In this document: one piece after another, positions 29,924 to 36,932 of the stretch
How positions within the stretch are numbered: the first letter of the stretch is position 1
How the letters are laid out: each line of letters begins with the position of its first letter
Assembly (NCBI GenBank): GCA_965237675.1
Contig: OZ250150.1
Coordinates: 64,001-128,000 of the forward strand
Length of the DNA: 64,000 nt
Direction: 5' to 3'
DNA from: Candidatus Latescibacterota bacterium
Lineage (GTDB): Bacteria; Latescibacterota; UBA2968; GCA-2709665
Made by a program: the position numbers and the translations under genes
The notes under the pieces: generated by a model
What the model saw: only the letters and a program-made list of their open reading frames with translations
What the model was told of the DNA's origin: nothing
Database searches by the model: none

Positions 29924-30790
29924 CCGGATGTGGTACGGCAGGGCCCCGCAGCAGGCCCCGATGAAATCGACGCCCATGTCCCATGCATCCCTCGCGTAGT
30001 CGGCCATCTCACGCCGGGGCTGGTGCCGGAGTTCGAAGTGGACGCTTGAGCCCGAGGCGATCTCCCGCGTATACTCCGCGCCGTTTTCCAGCACGTACGC
30101 CAGGGGTTGCGCGCAGATCGGGACTGAAACGGCGCGCATCATCTTTTGGACGATATCCCGGTACATGTACCAGGGACGACCACAATTCACGCCCACCACG
30201 TCGGCGCCATGATCCACGAGCCGTTTCGCGGCCTCGTCCGGCAGATACCGGTCGGCGGTATACTCTCCCGATTTGTACTCAAGCGTCACCACGGCGGGCA
30301 CACCGGCGCTCTTTATGTAGGGCAACCCCAGCGAAGCCTCCTCGACGGAATAAAACGTCTCTACGATGAACAGGTCCACCCCCGCCGCGATCTGCTGTCC
30401 CACCCGCCGCTCGAAAAACGCCTGCGCCTCGCGCCTTTCCTTAACGGTAATTGGCGATCGCCTCTGGTACTTTCCGATACCGACGGGGCTGAGCGTACCC
30501 GCCACAAACCGGTCCGGGCCGGCAGCCTGCCTCGCAAGCTCGACGGCCGTACGGTGGAGTTCCTCATCCCGATCCATCTTGCCCACGCCCCAGGCCATGG
30601 CCTGCAGCACTTCGGCACCGGCAAGCGCGAACTCCCGGTGCAATTCGAGCAGACCCTCAGGGTGATCCAGTACGGCCCAGGGGACGCCTTTTGCGAAACT
30701 GCCCAGACATCGCCGCTCAAGCTCCAGGTAGTACCCACCGTCGCCAAGCACCGGCCCGTCCTTCAGGCGATCCAGAAAACCCGATGTCAT
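29855..30790 (-). CDS. Homocysteine S-methyltransferase family protein (paralogue 1)
   Basis: PVLGDGGY, LHREFALAGAEVLQ, FIVETF, GVNC, GACCG; GGAGG RBS. Confidence 0.9.
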   Translation of the reverse strand: MTSGFLDRLKDGPVLGDGGYYLELERRCLGSFAKGVPWAVLDHPEGLLELHREFALAGAEVLQAMAWGVGKMDRDEELHRTAVELARQAAGPDRFVAGTLSPVGIGKYQRRSPITVKERREAQAFFERRVGQQIAAGVDLFIVETFYSVEEASLGLPYIKSAGVPAVVTLEYKSGEYTADRYLPDEAAKRLVDHGADVVGVNCGRPWYMYRDIVQKMMRAVSVPICAQPLAYVLENGAEYTREIASGSSVHFELRHQPRREMADYARDAWDMGVDFIGACCGALPYHIRAMAEAIGKPTAMPDQPGPYQLL

Positions 30791-30883
30791 TGCAATACCT
30801 CCTGTTGGGATTGTCAGACGCTGTCGACAGCCTCCATCAGAAAACGGTTAGCCTCAATTCGAAAAAAGATAACTGTTAAATTG

Positions 30884-31020
30884 GCCACAAAAAGCACAAA
30901 AGGCACAGAACGTATCGGTGCGAAACGGCGTGTGTCGTAACGTCGTGATCCTGCAGTTATTTCGTTGTCTCTCGGCCATACGCCCTGTAACAGATTAGCT
31001 GTTTTTGTGCCTTTTGTGGC
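30884..31020. repeat. Miniature inverted-repeat element built from 9-mer units
   Basis: gccacaaaaagcacaaaaggcacagaa at left; tttttgtgccttttgtggc at right. Confidence 0.6.
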
Positions 31021-31344
31021 AATTTGCCTTAATTCAAAAGATACAGCAAGGCGACACTGCGGAAAAAACTTCAGAATCGGGGCGTTGAGGTCGTCCAAAT
31101 GGACGTTTTCTCAGTTCACGTCCAGTGACCTTAAACATCTTGGAACGCCGACGTCAAATCGCCTTTGTTCTTCTGTGTAAATTCGATTTAAGGTCCCCAA
31201 AAAACGACGAATCAAGGTCAGACGTGGAACGGAACGAAAAAACAGAGCGCCAAAAACATCCGGGTTCGGGTGGGGTCCTCTACCGTCTTACGTCTACCGT
31301 GTCACCGACTTCGTTCAACGTGTCGATTTTCATAACTTACAGTG

Positions 31345-32565
31345 TCAAGGGCGAACTGACTGAATTGGGAAATCGCCAGCTTTTCTCTTCTCGGAGGGCC
31401 GGAAATCCGGAACATCCAGACACGCGCTTCCCTGCTCCACAGACTGAACGGCCACAATGGCCGGCGCCGTCAGTTCCGCCGACCTGTATACGTTCAAGGG
31501 TGGATCCGAATCATTCAGGATCGCGTCCAGAAAAGACGAAAGCGCGAAATAGTCCATATTTCCATGCCCGCTTCCCCGGGCTTCCTCGGGAAGCTCGTCC
31601 GGAGAATAGGTCCATTCCATCGCCCGCATACCCTCTTCTCCGGAACTCTCCAGCCACATCTTCGGCGTATCCACGCCCCGAGATCCGCCGTAGATCTCCG
31701 CGGATCGGGCGGTCTCCACCTTCCCTGTGGTCCCCTCCAGGTGCCACCAGTGGTGATCGCGGGGTGTCGTTGCGTACGTAAAACCGGCTGCCATCCGGAC
31801 AATCGTGTCCTTTTCCGTGTGCATCAACGCCACCTGGATATCCGACGCGGGAATCCCCTCGTAATAGTAGCTTTTGGGCCGCGTCCCCATGCATGTCACC
31901 CGCGTCACCCGGTCCTCCAGAACCGACAGGATGGGACCCAGGTCGGTTGCCATGTAGAGAATCGGGTGGGGATACCAGTTCCACATTCTGCTCTTTACGG
32001 CTCTCGGATGAGTCGAGGCTTCGTCCAGATGGATCCGCTCGCCCGTCTCGGAATCCACCCAGAACCGGTCCGGCGTCATCCCATGAAGATACTGTCCCTC
32101 GGCAAAGATGACATGACCGAGTTTACCCTCCACAACCAGTTTCCGCCATGCCTTTACAAATGCGTGGTACATCACCTGCTCGGCCATCTGAAACTTCAGC
32201 CCGCTGCGCTCCACCGCCACCACGACCCGCCACAAATCCTCCATATTGTACGTCAGCGACACCTCGCACGTCGCATGTTTTCCCGCCTCCATCGCCTGGC
32301 AGATCAGATCCGGCTGATCGTGCGGCGCGGTCACGATCGCCACGGCGTCGATGTCCGCCTTAGCCAGCATTTCTTCATAGTCGGTAAAGCACGCGATGTC
32401 CGGATCGCCGGCCTCACGGTACGCCTGCCCCACAAGGGCCTCGACCCTGTCGCAGAGGGCCGTCACGCGGCAGGTCTTGATCCGCAGCAGGTTCTTCATC
32501 CACGATAGCCTGCCGCGGGGCCCCAGCCCCACAATTCCGATCCGTACCTGTTTCTGTCCGGGCAT
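31345..32565 (-). CDS. Gfo/Idh/MocA family oxidoreductase
   Basis: IGIVGLGPRG, AMEAGKHATCEV, AEGQYLH, GSGHGNMDY. Confidence 0.9.
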   Translation of the reverse strand: MPGQKQVRIGIVGLGPRGRLSWMKNLLRIKTCRVTALCDRVEALVGQAYREAGDPDIACFTDYEEMLAKADIDAVAIVTAPHDQPDLICQAMEAGKHATCEVSLTYNMEDLWRVVVAVERSGLKFQMAEQVMYHAFVKAWRKLVVEGKLGHVIFAEGQYLHGMTPDRFWVDSETGERIHLDEASTHPRAVKSRMWNWYPHPILYMATDLGPILSVLEDRVTRVTCMGTRPKSYYYEGIPASDIQVALMHTEKDTIVRMAAGFTYATTPRDHHWWHLEGTTGKVETARSAEIYGGSRGVDTPKMWLESSGEEGMRAMEWTYSPDELPEEARGSGHGNMDYFALSSFLDAILNDSDPPLNVYRSAELTAPAIVAVQSVEQGSACLDVPDFRPSEKRKAGDFPIQSVRP

Positions 32566-32707
32566 AAAACGCCTCTTTCACTGGATTACAATATTGAGGG
32601 TGTGACGTATGGCAAGATTTTTATTACGTGCAGCACCATGCAGTTTACGTCACTTTCCTCTTTTTGCCAATCCTGATAGTCATTCCGTTTTAATTTCTTT
32701 TTTCTTC

Positions 32708-32739
32708 GCCCTTTTTCTTATCCGCCTAAGAAAAAGGGC
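32708..32739. repeat. 13-bp perfect hairpin flanked by T-rich and A-rich tracts (terminator or MITE end)
   Basis: gccctttttctta-tccgcc-taagaaaaagggc. Confidence 0.55.
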
Positions 32740-32986
32740 CAAAAAGAACGGCGCTGCTCAGACGCCGCAGGGCTGGTTTTTCCGCGAATCTCACCGGTGG
32801 CGTAGACGAGCGATTGTGCCCTGCGTACACATGCGGTCAAATAATCATTCGGTGGTGAACGGAAAGGCGTGGAAAAACCCCCCACGTCACCACCGTACGC
32901 TTGAAGGGTGCTCAAAAGATTCGTTCCGATAGTAATGTTGCATTTTACCACGCGAAATCCACCTCCGGACCCGCCGTCGTTGCAAT

Positions 32987-33016
32987 TGTAGGGGCGACCG
33001 GCCGGTCGCCCCTACA
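32987..33016. repeat. GTAG-type REP palindrome
   Basis: Perfect 30-bp palindrome tgtaggggcgaccggccggtcgcccctaca. Confidence 0.8.
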
Positions 33017-33410
33017 GAACCGGACATCCGCGAATTGATACCGCCAGTCCGTATCGTAATCCGGGTTTTGCTGACTGCTGACCACTGATTGCGGATAGCA
33101 CTGTCTCACGGTACCGGCCGAGAGGCCCCCGGATCGAGGGCATCCTGCCCTCGAAACGCCCCTTCCGGTCCTGCTTCACGGCGCTGACCTCAATGGGTCG
33201 GTTTTGATTCAAGCTGACTGCTGATAGCTGATAGCTGCCTTTGCTGCTTTTTGGCACAACAGCGGACGACTGATTCTGGGGTTTGAGGCCGTAGAAACCG
33301 GAAGAGAAACGGCAGCCGAATCTCAAGCTGCCACTTCATTATAACGCCTACAGTCTCCTGATTTTAGGGACGCTATAGGCCTCTCCGCCAGACAGGTTCG
33401 AACGAACCCG

Positions 33411-33779
33411 TCAATCCGGCGGTCCAATCAGCCAGACTGTTTCTTCTGAGAGGACTCTGGCGAAACGGCCTCCGCCGTCAAGCAGGTTCTGCCATTCGTC
33501 AGTTGTGTAGACAATCAGATCGGTGGGTACAGCCAGGGTATGAGTCGGCCAGGATCGTGCGCGCTCCAAATATGGCGTGGAACTACTCTCCACCACCGCA
33601 ACCAGGTCGAGATCGCTGCCGAACGCTGCGTCCCCGCGTGCGTACGAACCAAAATACCCAAGCGCCACGAGGTCCGTGCGTTTCTCAGCCTGATACGCGC
33701 ACCAGCGGCGTAGGCCGCCAATTACAGTTTCAGTCGTCGGCCAACGCTTGACGGACGAACTTGATGACGTCACCGGCAT
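33411..33779 (-). CDS. Minimal nucleotidyltransferase (MNT), partner of HEPN
   Basis: Start MPVTSSSSSVKRWP overlapping HEPN end; FGSYARGDAAFGSDLDL. Confidence 0.88.
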   Translation of the reverse strand: MPVTSSSSSVKRWPTTETVIGGLRRWCAYQAEKRTDLVALGYFGSYARGDAAFGSDLDLVAVVESSSTPYLERARSWPTHTLAVPTDLIVYTTDEWQNLLDGGGRFARVLSEETVWLIGPPD

Positions 33780-34119
33780 AGCACAGTCCCTGATCGCTTT
33801 GAAGCGCCCCGTAATGTACGTAGGCCGCGCCTTCCAGATGCCCATTGGGGTAACGTGTCGCCACGTAGTAGCTGTCGAGCGCCCGTCCTTTATCGACGAG
33901 GTCCTCCGGCGGCGTCTCCGGGAGTTCCGACAGGAGGCGCGAGACAACGTGGCCCCATGCCTCTTGTCCCCTCGCGAGATGGAGCGCTTTGACGGCCTTT
34001 TCAGCCGCCTGGTGCGAGGCGAAACAGGCCCAGTCGTGACGCCCGTCATTCTTTGAGGCTACAGCGTGCTCCAGATCGTGCTCCGCCTGGGCGAGCCAAT
34101 CCCTCCATCGCTGCGCCAT
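33730..34119 (-). CDS. HEPN domain protein
   Basis: WLAQAEHDL...WACFASHQAAEKAVKA...WGH...LDSYYVATRYPN. Confidence 0.9.
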   Translation of the reverse strand: MAQRWRDWLAQAEHDLEHAVASKNDGRHDWACFASHQAAEKAVKALHLARGQEAWGHVVSRLLSELPETPPEDLVDKGRALDSYYVATRYPNGHLEGAAYVHYGALQSDQGLCYAGDVIKFVRQALADD

Positions 34120-34442
34120 CCTGTTACCCCAACCCTGTTTGATTCCGAAAGTCGATAACAATAAATCCGGCGGTCATTTCGCCTCGAATGTCGGCACTCT
34201 TATTGACCCATGTTTGGGAAAAGCTAAAATATCCCTAATTCTAAACTTAAGCAAGAGGAAATGACCGTCATCTGCCGTTCGCCGAAGCATGAATGTGCGC
34301 CGACCCTACCGGCTCTCTGGCCCTGCATGGCGCTCTTCTACAGATAAAGCATTGACGGCGGGTAGACCAATAATTAACTTTTATCTCGATTCGACGTTTT
34401 TCGGCGGTGTTCGCTCGGATATGATCAGGAAGGACTCGATAC

Positions 34443-34733
34443 ATGTACAGAGATGAAGCCCTCAAACTACTTCGAGCGCACAAGGCGACACTCGTACAAC
34501 GCTTTGGCGTCGTAGACCTCGCCCTGTTCGGGTCAATCGTCCGCAATCGAGCCACAGGCAACAGCGACGTGGACGTCCTGGTGAAGTTCGACTCGCCGGC
34601 GACGTCGAAGCGGTATTTTGGCGTGCAGTTCTACATCGAAGACCTGCTGGGGAGTCCGGTTGATCTGGTAACGGACAAAGCGTTGCGGACGGAGATGCGT
34701 CCATATATAGAGCAGGAGATGATCAGTGTCTGA
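34443..34733 (+). CDS. Nucleotidyltransferase family (MntA-like) antitoxin, orphan
   Basis: LALFGSIVRN...SDVDVLV...LLGSPVDLVT; 96 aa. Confidence 0.88.
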   Translation: MYRDEALKLLRAHKATLVQRFGVVDLALFGSIVRNRATGNSDVDVLVKFDSPATSKRYFGVQFYIEDLLGSPVDLVTDKALRTEMRPYIEQEMISV

Positions 34734-34765
34734 CGTGCACCTCCGGGCGCGCCGACGTTGAATTT

Positions 34766-34791
34766 GTAGGGGCAACCCTTGTGGTTGCCCT
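34766..34791 (+). repeat. GTAG-type REP palindrome
   Basis: gtaggggcaacc-cttgt-ggttgccct. Confidence 0.7.
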
Positions 34792-35007
34792 CATCCTGGC
34801 GCGCATATCGACGATTGACTTCGCCAAGAAGTATAGCTATCCGAATTCAGATGACGGCTGAGTGTTGCTCGTGCTGCCAGACACAAGACCCCGATGGCCG
34901 AACCCATCGGGTCTTTTTTTGTTACTCACAGCGCGCCGCAACTGTCGCAAAATGCGACACATTTGGCTCAGGGTTGGATTGACCGCTAATTACGATTCTT
35001 GTATATT
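34781..35007 (+). promoter_or_regulatory. Repeated regulatory module copy 1 (hairpin+T tract, palindrome, sigma70 promoter)
   Basis: Hairpin 34885-34920; TGTCGCA-aaa-TGCGACA 34943-34959; TTGACC(34979)-17-TATATT(35002). Confidence 0.8.
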
Positions 35008-35075
35008 GCGTGCTCTATAGGATAACCTATAAGGATCGGTTCAATCGGGCGAGTTTACGAAATATGATTCTCGCA

Positions 35076-35270
35076 GTGACTGAGATTTACCGCACTCCGG
35101 AACACAAGGCGCGCGACAAAATCGACGCGATGTTGAATCAGGCCGGCTGGAAGGTGCAGTCAAGAAACAAGCTTGTCGATCGCAAGGGCGGCATGGGGCA
35201 GATGTACAAGTTATTCGGTGACCGGATGGATGACGTAATTGACGAATTGAATAAGGCTTTGGCGGCGTAG
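35076..35270 (+). pseudogene. hsdR: Internally deleted mini-hsdR (N- and C-termini fused in frame)
   Basis: TEIYRTPEHKARDKIDAMLNQAGWKVQSRNKL matches the N-terminus, and DRKGGMGQMYKLFGDRMDDVIDELNKALAA the C-terminus, of the hsdR at 36933-39698. Confidence 0.9.
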
Positions 35271-35381
35271 GTCTGTCTCTCTGCTCAGTTTCTTTACATA
35301 ATGGTATTTGTCTTGGTATTTTACAGTAAGTAAAGCGATTTATATGAAATCCTGACGTGATCAACATCATTGGAGAAGATC

Positions 35382-35618
35382 GTGCCCAAAGTCAGCGCCA
35401 AGCGACAGATAACGCTACCGGCTGATCAGTGCCGTTTAGCCGGCATTGAGCCAGGCGACGAGTGCCTGAGTTTCGTGGCCGATGGCCGCATCACCATAGT
35501 CCGCCAGCGGCCCGGCAGCGCCTGGGGATGCCTGGCGTATCTTGAAGGAGATCCGACGGTTTCAGACGGGGAGTCGCGCCAGGACGCCATTGAAAGAAAG
35601 CGGAACCAGACGCCTTGA
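35382..35618 (+). CDS. AbrB/MazE/SpoVT family DNA-binding protein (antitoxin-like)
   Basis: KVSAKRQITLP...AGIEPGD; GTG start after ggag. Confidence 0.85.
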   Translation: MPKVSAKRQITLPADQCRLAGIEPGDECLSFVADGRITIVRQRPGSAWGCLAYLEGDPTVSDGESRQDAIERKRNQTP

Positions 35619-35635
35619 TCGCAATGAGGTTATCA

Positions 35636-36424
35636 ATGCCACAAGATTTAATTACATATCACCGAAATATGAGTAATGCTGAAAATATAGAAAAAGAAGC
35701 GGAGTATTATATAGTTGAATTAACTGCAACTGAAGATTATAAAATCAGTATAGCAACTGATACAATGTTCATTGGATGGACTGAGAATGAACCCCCAGGT
35801 TCTATTCACAAAGAACTAAGAACTGCGTGTCCAGTTTTCGCTGAGAAAGCGCTTATAGCATGGAAAAAACTCGATAGAATTGGAGTCGTTGTTAACACTC
35901 GTCGTGATGTGCAGGTTTTCTCAATTTTTGGTGGGTCAGCAGTTGTAAAAAAGAGTATGGCTGAGAAACATTTCCATTCAATTTTTGATAAGGTCGAATT
36001 TGTACATATAGGCTTAGGAAGATCTGTTCCTGTTAAAAATATAGATTCATCATATCTACGTCCAGCTCCGACTCAGAAATTACGCATGAATGTGCTAAAA
36101 CGGGACAAATTTCGTTGTAGGTTGTGTGGCCGCAGCGTTGAAGATAATACTGACATAGTATTGAATCTACATCATGTAATTTCTAAGAAATTCGCAGGTT
36201 TGACAAAAGACGATAATCTAATAACACTCTGTCACACCTGCCATGGTGGTCTTGATACATACAATGATTTTTCAATAATTGGAAATTTCCCTGAAACACA
36301 TCGAGAATTTAACAAGTTTGCGGATAAATTGAAAGATTATCCAAACGAGTACGCTAAAAGTGTTGCTCGATATCGTGAGATAACTTTTGAGATAATTCGA
36401 AATTTGAACCCTAAACGAGGATGA
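35636..36424 (+). CDS. HNH endonuclease domain protein (AT-rich gene)
   Basis: VLKRDKFRCRLCG...LHHV...NLITLCHTCH. Confidence 0.85.
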   Translation: MPQDLITYHRNMSNAENIEKEAEYYIVELTATEDYKISIATDTMFIGWTENEPPGSIHKELRTACPVFAEKALIAWKKLDRIGVVVNTRRDVQVFSIFGGSAVVKKSMAEKHFHSIFDKVEFVHIGLGRSVPVKNIDSSYLRPAPTQKLRMNVLKRDKFRCRLCGRSVEDNTDIVLNLHHVISKKFAGLTKDDNLITLCHTCHGGLDTYNDFSIIGNFPETHREFNKFADKLKDYPNEYAKSVARYREITFEIIRNLNPKRG

Positions 36425-36639
36425 GGTTTTGCAGATTGAATGTTGGTAATGATCGCCCATATGCGGCCATTGCGGGATCGGCATAATCAGGCCGGATCAT
36501 TCGCCTCAATTCGGGTCTTCCCAAGCGGACCGAGGCACAAGTAATAGGCACGCATTCGCAAACAGCTTGAATGCGGGCGACAGACTACGGTTTGATTTTG
36601 TTCAACTTTCTTCCTTTTGCCTTCATCCTTTTGCCTTTT

Positions 36640-36864
36640 GTGGTTGCCCTCGTCCTGGCGCGCATATTGAAGATTGACTTCGCCACGAAGTAGCGGTAAA
36701 CGGTTATAACTGACGGCTGCGTGCTGCTCTTGATGCGTGACAGATGACCCCGATGAACGATCTCATCGGGGTTTTTCTGTGTCGCACAACGCGCCGATAA
36801 CGTCGCAAAATGCGTCACTTTCTGCTGGGGCCGCATTGACCAACAATGAAGATTTTCGTATATT
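36640..36864 (+). promoter_or_regulatory. Repeated regulatory module copy 2 (upstream of hsdR)
   Basis: Hairpin 36746-36777; CGTCGCA-aaa-TGCGTCA 36801-36817; TTGACC(36836)-17-TATATT(36859). Confidence 0.8.
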
Positions 36865-36932
36865 GCGTGCTCTATAGGATAACATATATAGTTCGATCGA
36901 ATTGGGCGAGTTTACGAAATAGGACGTTCGCA

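Noticed and set aside
29187-29964. Repeat-containing plus-strand ORFs across the tandem array
   Set aside because: No RBS; open only because 198 is a multiple of 3; the frame breaks at the 202-bp unit
34851-34982. Cys-rich leader peptide (MTAECCSCC) or selenocysteine attenuator in the repeated module
   Set aside because: ATG is present only in copy 1, copy 2 has an in-frame TGA and copy 3 reads CCSYW; nucleotide-level conservation explains it equally well
34161-36520. Weak similarity between 34161-34195 and 36483-36517
   Set aside because: Too short and gapped to distinguish from chance
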